From: Octopus vulgaris
Lineage: Eukaryota
Assembly (NCBI GenBank): GCA_951406725.2
Contig: OX597822.1
Location: forward strand, 66,588,001-66,652,000
Length of the DNA: 64,000 bases
Direction of reading: 5' to 3'
Shown here: positions 1 to 12,889 of the stretch, one piece after another
How the letters are laid out: each line of letters opens with the position of its first letter
Numbering within the stretch: the first letter of the stretch is position 1
Notes under the pieces: model-generated
What the model was told of the DNA's origin: nothing
The model's database searches: none
Seen by the model: only the letters and a program-made list of their open reading frames with translations
Translations under genes and position numbers: made by a program

Positions 1-545
1 TTACTTAACAGGAATGATGTATGGCAAATAGCTCCATTTAGAATTAGCTATATCCGCAAATTTGTATAGGAATTTCTCCCCTCGAATACAAAGTTGGGAA
101 AATGGGAGATTTTGATAAACTTTTGTGCCCATAATACAAATGAAATCAAACAGTGAAAATTTCCTGATCTCATGCAAAATGGTACAAGTCGTGGATGGAG
201 ACAGAGTTAATTACATAAATGCATCACTTATGCAATTTGGCCTGCGTGAGAGGCGGTTGACTTAGCAACAAGAAGCATTAACAAAGTTCTGTTGTGTAGG
301 GTCATAAAGATTATGTTCTGAAAGTGGTGGAACATAGAAGCATGATCTACTACACGGAGCGGATCAGTCGGAATGTACAGCAGATCATCCATAATGGGAA
401 ACTATAAAGGAATTATGAAGAACAATGGTATGATGGCGGCTAGTGTACTCTGCTTGCAGTCATCAAAACAGGCAACTCTGATTGAACTCACTAAGCCTTA
501 TGAAAGCAAAATGGAAGAACCCCGTATTTTAAAGGTTAAAACGTA
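1..545 (+). mobile_element. Degenerate HERO-clade (RLE) non-LTR retrotransposon, C-terminal part
   Basis: Frame +1 from base 1 reads LLNRNDVWQIAPFRISYIRKFV*EFLPSNTKLGKW, resembling the HERO W.M.P.RISFLIRSVYD.LPS.NL..W block. A decayed zinc-knuckle-like segment follows (ENFLISCK), then KQATLIELTKPYESKMEE, resembling the RLE LIELTVP.E..MEE motif. Stops and frameshifts are present. Confidence 0.7.
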
Positions 546-563
546 TGCCAGTTTAATCTTCAA

Positions 564-600
<37 letters not shown>

Positions 601-984
601 TATATGCACGTGCATGTGTGTGTATGAGAGGAAACTGATACTATGTATATGACAGATAGATAGGTAGATAGATAGATGTAGATTACTAGATAAGAAGTTA
701 GAAAATGTAATGCGAAGTGACATTAGAAAATTCTGGCATGTATATAGTCTTATAGTGTTCTTCTCAAAAATATTCATGATTTCACAGTGCAATAGGTTAA
801 AATAAATAATTTTTCTTTAAGTTTTGGTCCAGAATTCTAACCGGAGTACATTCCTTATTTTCGCAAAGTGTGTATGTGAAAATATTCGACTCACACTACG
901 CAAGGTATATGAACGTGATCTTAAATATGGAAAAGTGTCTCGATTATGTATACAAAGACATTAAATCGCATATAAATCAACTTA

Positions 985-1420
985 TCTGACTAACTCAAAT
1001 TCGCTCACAAATATACTGCTATCACCAACTCACTGATGCATTGTTTTACACATTTTGGTTCTTCAGTTCTTGAGAGCCTCTTCTTTTAAAAACTTGTCAA
1101 CCGCACATCCTGTCTCCTCAGGTGCAGTCAAACATCCCGGTTTTATTAATCCTAGAATCAGTCTTTGGTTCTATATCATCCCTAATTGAAAGACTTATTA
1201 TAGGCCTGCACCCTTACATCTGTAACATTCAAGAATTCAACTCTCTCCAATGGTTTTTTTTTCGTCCCACATTGCAATACAAATATACAAAGAACATGAC
1301 GTATGCTATTCTCAACTTTCGGGTTGGATCCTGTACATACCAGAAATCAACCTTTCCTCTACTCATTAACATCTTAATGTTAATGAGTGGAAGTATAGCC
1401 AGCCGTCTTTTGCCATGCAT
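985..1420 (-). mobile_element. Highly decayed RTE-clade LINE, APE endonuclease fragment
   Basis: Minus-strand MLMSRGKVDFWYVQD...LYCNVGRKKN...APEETGC aligns by eye to the RTE endonuclease pattern MERRKVDILCVQET...LFYHGVDRKRNG...YAPQVGC. Confidence 0.45.
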
Positions 1421-2445
1421 ATTGTTTCATGTTTACGTAGTCGGAAGCAGACAGAAACACCCATTCGTCTGCTTCACAACTGAACCTACAAAACACATAA
1501 ATAAAATCAGGCACGAGGATAGTAGGCAGGTCCGTTATCTGAATCGTACTCATTATAACGTGAAATGAAAGCCTTGCTCAAAGCTACATATTGGCGACTG
1601 ATCAGTATATTGAACATCTTCCTGACAATCGCGAGTCAAACCCCACAACCACTAAGCTACGCACGTTTACAGAAAAAAAAAGTAATGATGTATAATAAAA
1701 AACTAACAAGATATAAAAGAATCGTATGAGATTTTTGCAACTTAGGGCTGAATGTTGTTTTATACGTTCATGACACAGCTCTCGTTAACGAAGCATCGAA
1801 ACATAAGCTGCAGTTTATTCCCTAATATGCCGCAGTGCCTTTGCAACACTAATTTCGACATATCCCTGGATGACGCTTGTGAATGTTGATACGAGTTTTA
1901 GAAAACTAATACGCAGTTATTCGTTAATAGACACGTTTAAATATTTCCACCTGCCGTGCACAATACATGTTAAACTATGCAACATAGACTTTAGTAATAT
2001 ACAAGCACACCTGAAAAGCCGATGCAATTATAAAAGAGACGCAAGAGATTGTTCTGTTATTCGATTCATACCATAAGGGAAATTGATATGTTAGTCAGTT
2101 ATTTTATGATGAAGAGCACCTGGTAAGTACTATAATTTAAAATATTGGTGTGGTAACTAGACCACACGCAATCAGAGATACATACATTTCTTGAACTACA
2201 CTTAGGAAATCCCGTTTGAAATTACAAAATGTATATATTATGTATATATTTAAAATTTGTTTATCAACTGGTTCTTGTTGATCTGAAATAGATACTTTTG
2301 AAAGTGTACCGTCAAACATAGAAAACATTAAAAAATGTTCCGTCACGCTTACAACGAATGTAAGATAAATAAAAAAAGAAAACGGCTTAAGTAAATACTG
2401 CAATACCTGTGTTATGCAAAAGACACATAAAATATCATATCCCAA

Positions 2446-3056
2446 TGGCGGCGAGCCGGCAGAAACGTTAGCGCGCCGGGCGAAATGCTTAGTGGTATTT
2501 CGTCTGCCGCTACGTTCTGAGTTCAAATTCCGCCGAGGTCGACTTTGCCTTTCATCCTTTCGGGGTCGATTAAATAAGTACCAGTTACGCACTGGGGTCG
2601 ATATAATCAACTTAACCCGTTTGTCTGTCCTTGTTTGTCCTCTCTACGTTTAGCCCCTTGTGGGTAGTAAAGAAATCGGTATTTCGTCTGCCGTTACGTT
2701 CTGAGTTCAAATTCCGCTGAGGTCGACTTTGCCTTTCATCCTTTCGGGGTCGAATAAATAAGTACCAGTTACGCACTGGGGTCGATATAATCGACTTACT
2801 CCGTTTGTCTGTCCTTGTTTGTCCTCTCTGTGTTAAGCCCCTTTTGGGTAGTAAAGAAATAGAAATAGGTACTTCGTCTGCCGTTACATTCTGAGTTCAA
2901 ATTTCGCCGACGTCGATTTCGCCTTGTATCATTTCGGGGTCGATAAATTAAGTACCAGTTATGCAGTGGAGTCGATGTAATCGAGTTAATCTCTTTGTCT
3001 GTCCTTGTTTGTCCCCTCTATGTTTAGGCTCGCGTGGGCAATAAAGAAATAAAGAA
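2446..3056 (+). mobile_element. Nin-domain-like SINE multimer (head plus three ~184-bp units)
   Basis: Head GGCGGCGAGCCGGCAGAAACGTTAGC, then units starting at 2494, 2678 and 2868. Each unit has GAGTTCAAAT (B box) and a GCCTTTCATCCTTTCGGGGTCGA..AAGTACCAG-type domain. Flanked by ATCATATCCCAA on both sides. Confidence 0.85.
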
Positions 3057-3069
3057 ATCATATCCCAAA

Positions 3070-3285
3070 TGTTGCCAGCTGCCAGAAACGTTAGCACGCC
3101 AGGTGAAATTGCTTAGCAGTAATTCGTCTGTCTTTATCTTCTGTGCTCGAATACTGTTGAGGTCGACTTTGCTTTTCTACTTTTCGAGATTGATAAATTA
3201 AGTATCAGTTATTTACAGGGGGTTGATCTAATCGACTGATACCCTCTCCAGAATATCGGGCGCTGTGCCGAGTGTAGAAAAGAAT
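3070..3285 (+). mobile_element. Older, diverged monomer of the same Nin-like SINE
   Basis: CAGAAACGTTAGCACGCC...GAGGTCGACTTTGC...GATAAATTAAGTATCAG...GTAGAAAAGAA. Confidence 0.75.
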
Positions 3286-3616
3286 ATATCATATTCCAAC
3301 AAATTAAAGCCGACACGGAATCATGTATTGCTAAAATTTTTTTTAAAATTTGAAGGCGATCGAAACAAGTATAGCTATAAATAATATAATATTTTCATGT
3401 ATAAATATTTGATGTGTAGTTTAAAAAACTATAAACTAATCTACTTGTGGAAAGAGTAAATTTCTATATTCATAAATCAAAATATGCTTGTGCAATAGTG
3501 ACTCTTCGTACGAATGTGTTTCCGTGTGTGTGGATGTGTGCCTGAGTGTATGTATGTGTGTGTATATTTGTATGTGTGTATATAAATGTATCTAAATGTG
3601 TATGTATGCATTCGCA

Positions 3617-3697
<81 letters not shown>

Positions 3698-3839
3698 ATA
3701 TATATATATATGTGTGTGTGTGTATGCATGCATGTGTCTGTGCGTGTAGAAGGTTGAAAAGGAAGACACGAGTTGATATATATAGAGAAAAAAGTAAAGG
3801 TAGAAAATTCTAAAATAATTCCATAAAAAAACATTTCAG

Positions 3840-3892
3840 AAAAATATGGAATGCTTCACGAATCTGCGTGTCATCCTAGCAAAGGGGCCATG
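3840..3892 (-). pseudogene. RNU6: U6 snRNA 3'-half retrocopy
   Basis: The reverse complement CATGGCCCCTTTGCTAGGATGACACGCAGATTCGTGAAGCATTCCATATTTTT matches the metazoan U6 3' half as I recall it at 48/53 and ends in five T. Confidence 0.92.
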
Positions 3893-3913
3893 AATTCGTG
3901 AAGCGTTCCATAT
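3893..3913 (+). pseudogene. RNU6: Second, inverted U6 snRNA 3'-terminal fragment
   Basis: AATTCGTGAAGCGTTCCATAT is identical to the U6 3' end over 21 nt and abuts the minus-strand copy. Confidence 0.85.
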
Positions 3914-4093
3914 ATCTTTCTGAAAAGTTTTTTTATAAAATTATTTTAGCATTTTCTACCTTGATTTTTTTCCATATATACATATATGTATATATATATA
4001 TATATATAATTTTTTTTCGTAAAGAGATAAAAAACCAAAGCTGAGTAGATTTTAGAACATTTATAGATATGTGTGGTAGGATATATGTATATA

Positions 4094-4140
<47 letters not shown>

Positions 4141-4144
<4 letters not shown>

Positions 4145-5401
4145 TATGCCATAGGTAAATTGTCGCCATTTTATGTTCTTAATTTCGCACATGTGCATTA
4201 TTTGTATAATAGGGTCTGTTGGGCACCCACTGTGAGAAAGACAACACCATGACGCAATTCACTCAGTCAGAGACTTGGAAACAACATACTGTACTGCTTG
4301 CCATTCTCCCTGGAACATCCAATACGAACATTTCAGAGTATTTTGGTTTCAATCTTAGGACAGTGCAAGGTATACGGAAAGAGTTGGATGAGCCTAATGG
4401 TGATTACGAAGGTACAGTAGTTTGAAAAATTCACTATGAGTGTTCTAAACAGAAAATAACTCCTGAATTTATTGGTAAGATGTAGGCCATGATTGGCAAC
4501 AATCCCTCCAAGTCAAACACGTCCATCGCCAGGAACATGGGAGTTTCTGAGTTTCCTATGAAGCAGGGAGTGCATGAAGACATTCGCTACTCCTCAGAGA
4601 AAATTAGAGAGGGCCAATTTTTATCCCAAGCCATCAAGGACAAGAGGAAAGACTGCGCTACGAAGCTTATGAACAAACACAAGCATCCCCTCAAACCGAA
4701 CATGCTTTGGTTTTTCTCAGACAAGACAATTTTCTTCCAGGATCAGATGGTGAATACACAGAACAACCATTAACTTGCCGTGTCCCTAAAAAATTGTACC
4801 GAAAGTGATAAAAATCAAAAATCCAGTTAACATGGTATTTGGAGTGATCACTAGTGATGGCGACGTAATTCTTACGTTCATCTTCCCACACGGCCTCAAA
4901 TCCAACGCGGAGGCCTACATCAAATGCCTGGAGGAGGTAGTGCTGGCCTAAGTCAAGACGGTGGCTGCTGGAAGACTCTATGTCTGTCAAAAGGACTCTG
5001 CACCATGTCACACGGACACGAGAACCCAGTCATGGCTGTCAGACACTTTCTTTGACCAAATCATCCCTAACATCTGGCCACTTAACTCCCTAGATTGCAA
5101 TTCCTCTGGTTATTATGTGTGGGTGAATTTGAACGAGAGACCAACAAAACTCCTCGTAAAACCAAATATCAACTGAAGGCAAAGATTATAGCAGCATTTA
5201 CCAACTTAAGTAAGGAGACCGTCCAGAAGAGTTGCAGGAGATTCCGATTTGGACGCCGTGGACGAAGCCAATGACGAATTTATTGAATAAATTTACTCTT
5301 TAGTATTATGTGATTTGGGTAAATATATCTGTTAAAATGAGGTGTCAATGTTAATCTCATTTTTGCGTGATTTGGACGACAATTTATTCACCGCATCCTG
5401 T
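4141..5401 (+). mobile_element. Tc1/mariner superfamily DD37D (maT) transposon, full-length but inactivated
   Basis: Fragmented transposase: WFFSDK, MVFGVITSDG, QKDSAPCH, and WPLNSLDCNSSGYYVW. There are 37 residues between the second D and the position of the third D, now G. Imperfect TIRs share TAAATTGTCG (~4141-4170 and ~5373-5401). Confidence 0.88.
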
Positions 5402-6831
5402 TTGTGTGCCTGTGTATATGTGTATATATCTATGTGTATTTGACGTTTTGGCTGCTATACATCGCTAATCACATCTTGTGTAAAAGCAGTGTAAATTTTA
5501 TTTATCGTTGTAAGGGAGTGCAACAAAAACTTCCATTGTCCGATGTACTTATGAGTGCGAATATCAGGCTATCGAGAGGACACTGTTAGTGTACAATACT
5601 TTATATATGAATCTCGCCTTCTACAGAATTTTTAAGGAAGGAAATTTTAACATAAGTAAAATAATATCTCTAGTGTTTTATTGGCTTCTCCTCAGAAAAT
5701 ATATTCTTGAATAATAAATTGAGCTCATCCATATAAGTTATAAAGTCGATGTCAAACAGAATGTAAACGTCAAGCCAAATGGTGCTCCCTCGGTTTATAA
5801 GTGCCATACATGATATCAGAACTGTATTTAAATGTTCCATTATTCATAGCAAATTTCTCAAATGAGTCTATAACCAGACATGTATTTACGGAAGAAGAAA
5901 GCGGGAGCACCTGAAGGTTAGATAAAATGAACTTTAGTACACGTTGATGAGAGGAGAAAAGTCCGTGTTGAGAGTGGCTGAATATGTATGGTTTAAAGAA
6001 GACATCTTATACCATTTAAAAAGAAATTTCCATAATACATAGAGAAACAGAATGAAAATATAGAGTAATCAAGAAATTTGTTCTCATATCTGAAACAGCA
6101 TAGCAATGGCAATTGTTCATCATGGCTACTATAAAAATATAAATGTCCAAAGAAAGGCAGCAGTACTTGGAAAGGTATCAGTTTCTCCTCGTATTAATGC
6201 ATCAATGTTGGAAGTCTGATCGTAGAAAATAAGATATTTCGTTTGAATGCAGTCTTCACTAAAATACGTTGCTAAAAAGACTTAGAAAGCAAACTGATCG
6301 AAATATAACATTAATATATATAAAAGATATATGTAAAATATTCATGAGTAAAGAGATGTGATCGGTAGTGTGAAAACTTGGAAAATTATCTGCTAGTGCA
6401 GTGAGTAATTTTCTTTGTCTATAAATCAAAATATCTATGCTTGTGTAATGGTGACTCTTCATATGAATGTGTAAGCGCTCACGCGCGTGTATGTGTTCGT
6501 GCATGCGGGCGTAAGTCCTAAAATTTTTACGTGAAGAATGGCAGAAAAAATTCGTGCGCACATGCATACACTTTCTCTTTTATCTCTACAAAGTCGATAA
6601 AATATATTTAAAAATCTAGCTATGGAATCAATATTCCATTTTACCACCCGAGCAAGTATCCATTTTATTAATTTTTTTTTGGTGATCAGCAGAAAAAGAC
6701 AATGCGGAGTAGGTTCCTTCAAACGCTAGTAACACTTACGTTATCGACATGTGAATTATTTAAAATAAAATTAATAAGTGACACACGCACTACCAGAGTA
6801 CTAACACTGGTATTCAGTCGGAACCCGAATA

Positions 6832-7391
6832 ATATTGGCTTGTCCGGAAAGTTCGAGCTGATTTTTAAAGGAAATAAAAAGGTCAATTAATACATGCCAT
6901 TACATTTTTAATCAACCAAATATGAACCATTTTGTTGCACAATGCGTCTCCTTCTTTCCTTCAACTTGAAAATACCCTCTTCCCAGAATTCAGGTGGTTT
7001 CATGGCAAAGAATTTATCAAGGAATCTTTTTACGTCATCCAAGGAATTGAAATTTTTACCATTAAGACTATTCTTCAGAGACCTGAATAAGTGCAAATCT
7101 GAAGGAGCAATATCTGGTAAATATGGAGGGTGGGGTAACAGATCCCAGCCCAGCTGCAGCAATTTTGGTCTTGTTCCCAAAGCATCATGTGCGGAAAAGG
7201 AACTTTCTTATCTTCCATTTTAAAGGGTTACAGAATTAACACAGGATATACGAACATGAACCTTCTTCCATGGAAAGATAGCTTAAACTGTGCTCTAAAT
7301 GGAGGTGTAGTCAAATCCTATTTTATGGACTCAACCATGTTCTACAATGTAAGCTACTATAAATCGTCACTAACTTTCTGGACAACCCTAT
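6832..7391 (-). mobile_element. Internally deleted mariner element
   Basis: ORF 6908-7180 reads LGWDLLPHPPYLPDIAPSDLHLFRSLKNSLNGK...GSY, the mariner HPPYSPDLAPSD motif. TIRs: TTGTCCGGAAAGTT at ~6840 and AACTTTCTGGACAA at ~7372. Confidence 0.88.
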
Positions 7392-8009
7392 TTAAAAAAA
7401 AAATTCGTGTATAGTTTCACTCTGTTGGGAATAAGAAAAAATATAACATCAATAACATTGTGAGCTCAATAATTGATACTAACATAAGATCAGCTTTGTG
7501 CACATATAAGAAACTGTTGCTCCAAATATGGCTGGTAATACTGGGATTATATACAAGTAACATATAAAATTGTATAAAGGTCTACATTACACTGTTACTA
7601 CAACCAGATGTTATTTTCCTTTTAGTATAATACAGAAATATTATGATCTCTCATTTTTCATTACTATTCACATATTAATGATTTTGTCGTTCTATTCAGA
7701 GACAATGCCTACTAAAATATTAGTTATTTATGATAGTCTTTGACGTCAGTCATTTCATCCGTGCATGAATACCATGTCAGAATAGACTAATGAGATTATT
7801 TTCTATCAAGAAAGTCATAAAAACGCTTGCTACGCTTCTCTATATTACGCGCAGATTATAATATATCGCATTTTATGCGTGCTATATCAGCGACCATAAA
7901 AGTCTACCGAAGTAATAATGATATGAAGGAATTCTCTTCGCTTACCTGCATCAATATGTATATTCAATATATGATAGTATACATATATATATTCACAAGC
8001 TCATGCACA

Positions 8010-8091
<82 letters not shown>

Positions 8092-8118
8092 AATCCATAT
8101 ATACATATATACATATAT

Positions 8119-8165
<47 letters not shown>

Positions 8166-8188
8166 CATATATACATATATACATATAT

Positions 8189-8246
<58 letters not shown>

Positions 8247-8406
8247 TTGTATCTAGAGTTTGTGAACCTATGTGTGTAAAGAATGCTCAGAAAACCAAGT
8301 ACGTACCAAGTATGTACCATGGTTATATATAAGTATCTCTCCGGTTAGTGGTGGTTATCGTTGACTGGAAGAAGAAAGCATGTAGATTTAATTATGAAAA
8401 GATTCA

Positions 8407-8453
<47 letters not shown>

Positions 8454-8514
8454 TATAATATAAATAATATATAAATATATGCATATTTACATACATATAT
8501 GTACATACCTACAT

Positions 8515-8815
8515 CTATATGAACAAAAGTTGAACACAATGAGAAACGAAAATATAAAAGCAAAAACATGGAAACGAACTTTTTTTCAAACAACGTAAAA
8601 ACAGAGTACAAGACATACAACACAAGGAATATTTCCCTTCTTCAGTTGTCCCTGCTTCGTCTACTCCGCGTTTGGAAGGTAAGGACAAGACGCTACTTCG
8701 TTGAAACAGTCCTTCCCGCAAAGCAAATTAAATAAAATTTGGGATTTTTTGCGGCGGGGTAAAAGTGGTAAAAAGAATAGGACAGTAAGAACAAAACAAG
8801 ATAGTAAAAGCAATA
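8515..8815 (-). mobile_element. Putative Penelope-like terminal repeat fragment next to (TA)n
   Basis: Same layout as 37527 and 45037: a minus-strand (C/G)AAA...CTGAAGA motif and a pyrimidine-rich 3' part running into (TA)n. Confidence 0.35.
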
Positions 8816-8987
8816 AATATATAAATTCAAATTACCATGAACGTAAACAAACAAGCGATGTTTGATTTAGAAGCGATGAGATCTCTTAGATAGTTAAAGA
8901 AATGTTTGTAAATTCTCAAACGCAGGATAATGCTAATAATATAGCGTGAACAGGATAATCTACTCCTATTTTGCAGAAAAAATGTGT

Positions 8988-9039
8988 TGGCGGCCGGCTA
9001 TGAGACCCGAACTCACACCTCCGTGATTACAAGTCGCGG
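8988..9039 (-). pseudogene. tRNA-Thr(TGT)-like 3' half (retrocopy or SINE head)
   Basis: The reverse complement CCGCGA-CTTGTAA-TCACGG AGGT GTGAG-TTCGGGT-CTCAT AGCCGGC CGCCA gives an anticodon arm, a T arm and an acceptor 3' strand. No matching acceptor 5' strand or D arm. Confidence 0.5.
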
Positions 9040-9599
9040 GAAATAATGGCTATGAAGCATTGTATAGGATCATGGTTAAGACCAAAATAATGCAAGGTAA
9101 ATCACATCGAAGTTGGTTTCTACCTCCAGTTTGTTATGTTAGAATAAAATATTTGGGTCTGTAGCTTAGCGGTTACTTCTTTGCTTGTGTGAGAGAATCA
9201 GTAAGGTCTGTAACCACGCTATCGTTAGCAGCAGCAGCAGCCGTCGTAGGTATGGATGTATTAGCTGGTGATGGTGGGGCCGTGTGGGTAGTGGTAGTAA
9301 ACCCTTCTCCTGCCGCATCATCTTCATGTTCATAGTCATCGCTGCCAATATCCTCACTATCGACATCATCACCGATATTACCCCCACCATCATCTACATC
9401 TTCTCCATCGTCATCTTTACCGTCTTCATCACCGTCATCGGCGTCATCTACCCATTTTACCTCCTATCTCCTCCTCCCTCTCCATCGCCCCTACGTCTTC
9501 CCCATCGTCATATTCGCTCTCTTTGTCATATCATCATCGCCATCTCTTTTTTCTTCTACTTCTTCCTCTCCCTCCTCCCCTGCAAAACTTAGATTTCCC

Positions 9600-11242
9600 G
9601 TCTACAACCTCAATAACCCACTCCACCTTCTCCCTCTCAACCCTGAACTCAACAGCAAATTATCTGCACTCAAACAATTCATACTTAACATTATATAAAC
9701 TTCCTTCCCCATCATGCAAACTTACTAAATCCCAATTCCTGACCTTGCAAGACTTAAGAAACAAAAACCTCATCTACATACCTTCAGACAAAGAGAAATA
9801 ATTCTGCATTATAAACAAACCCACCTAAAGCAAACTAGCTATGGAGTACCTCAGTGGCACCACACTATACAAAAAGGTTCACAACATCATACCTCAGCAA
9901 CTGGAGACCAACATCAACATCTGTCATCAAAGGAATCTCTCTAAGATGACTAGACTAAAAAACATAAAAACAACATCCTTCCATTCTACCATGTAATAAA
10001 AACAACTCACAAACCCGGACCTAAGCTTCAAATTAGGCCCATAGTATCAGGTATTTACGGTCCTTTCTATAAGATTTGTTGGCTCGTCTCTAAACTCCTC
10101 AAACCCTTTCACGCATTGCCCGAACACGTCAGTAGCTCCCATGAAATCTTCACAAGACTCAAAAATGACGAGCTCTCCATACTTAAAACTAACAAATACC
10201 CGTTTAATTTAGGTGTAGTATCCCTCTACACCTCTGTACCTTCTCTCAGAGCCGTTGATATCCTCATAGACCACACCACGTCCTAATCTCCTCCCCCACA
10301 TATCCTTGCTCCACCTTCCTCCCCTGCAACCTCCTCCTTTTCGTTCATCTTCTCTCACCTCCCCATCAACCAACCTTCAACTCTTCGGCCTCACACCCCC
10401 AGACATACGAGAGTTATTGACCATTATAATCAGTAACAACTATTTCCAATATAACGGCTGTGATTTTCAAATTTCCGGCCCACCTATTGGATTTAGCCTT
10501 TCAGGCCTGCTGGTCATCAGGTAGGTGGATAAGCTAGAACGCACAGCACTCAATACCTGCCGTTCATGCATCTTTGTCTCCAAGTACGTTGATGATATTC
10601 TTATCCTGACGTCCTCCAGAGATGAGACCTTTAACATACACCGGACCTTCAATAACTCCAACATAAACAACAAATTCGAGATTGAACACCCAGGCGAATC
10701 TGGAATCCTGTCTCTACTCGACTTTCTATTCAAGATCATAGTGGAAGACTCAATATTTACCAAATTCTACAAAAAAAAGCCGCTAATAGAAAACTGTTCG
10801 TCCATTACCTATCAACCTTACCCACCAGAACTAAAGCCGCACACATGAGAAACGAGATTGCAGGTATTAACAACAATTGCAGCAACGTGACCGACAAAGC
10901 CGTTAATACCAAGTATTTCCTGAGCTACCTAAAGAACATCCAGGTCACTAAATCCCGAGAGAACCATCATAATCTGAAGTCCGGCACGTGCTTCCTAAAG
11001 ACACCACGCTTTAATGACAGAACTACTGCAGCGATACAACACGCAGTCTGGGGGGAAGGACTCGCCATACAGATATTGCACACTGGACCTTCCCTGAGAA
11101 AAGCTGTGTCCAGAAACAACATACCTCACTACTCTGAAGAGTGCACATTATCGAACTGCCTCATCATTGACCCTGAATTGTGCGAGAGTACCTATGGTGT
11201 ATATGAGATCATCTGTGGCAAATGTGGCGCATCCTACAACTG
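9600..11242 (+). mobile_element. Degenerate Penelope-like element (RT plus start of GIY-YIG endonuclease)
   Basis: Motifs in order: LIYIPSDK, IRPIVSG, GVVSLYTSVP, NNYFQYNG..QISG.PIG..LSGLL, KYVDDIL, FEIEHP, LSLLDF, FYKK, then [14 protein letters not shown] (GIY-YIG start). Many stops and frameshifts; cut off by a SINE fragment at 11243. Confidence 0.9.
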
Positions 11243-11375
11243 ATGTCGGTGTCTTTATGCCCTCGTATTCTACCATCTCGGTAAAAGACACCGATAGAAT
11301 AAGTACTATGCTTACAAAGAATAAGTCCTGGGGTCATATGACTGAAAGAAGGAAAAAGAATATATATATAAAAGA

Positions 11376-11445
<70 letters not shown>

Positions 11446-11536
11446 ATATATATATATATATATACATACATACAGACATACATACATACATACATACATA
11501 CATACATACATACATACATACATACATACATAATAC

Positions 11537-11595
<59 letters not shown>

Positions 11596-11990
11596 TCACC
11601 TGTCATCTTTTCCATAATTTTTCTAATAGATAAAGCAAGTAATGCTGCGGCAGCAAAAGAATCAGATATAGAATATTGCGTATTAAAACATATGAGACTA
11701 ATAAATCGTAAATATCTACAAGATTCTTTTTTAAATTTTAAGATTTTCTTGTATTACTTCACAGATATAAAAGCAAGATAGTTTCTGCATCATCATCTTT
11801 ATGTACAATGCTCTTTGAATTTTTTTGCTTGCCGTTGTTCACTAGAGGCAACATTATTCACCAAAATTAACAGCTAAGAGTTTTACATTTACATTTCAGC
11901 ATAAGCTGTGTGTTATTCTAAATGTTACTTCCTTGATATTGAATGTGCTATATATATAACGTTATTCTTTTACTTTAAACATACTTTTCA

Positions 11991-12886
<896 letters not shown>

Positions 12887-12889
12887 AAG

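Noticed and set aside
2446-3056. Regularly spaced repeats resembling a CRISPR array
   Set aside because: Whole 184-bp units repeat with no unique spacers; these are eukaryotic SINE multimers and there are no cas genes.
3840-3913. Functional U6 gene
   Set aside because: The 5' half, including the ACAGAGA box, is missing, there are five mismatches, and the arrangement is inverted.
7827-8320. Long [16 protein letters not shown] ORFs here and throughout the window
   Set aside because: These are translations of stop-free (TA)n, (TG)n, (CA)n and (TCTA)n microsatellites, not genes.
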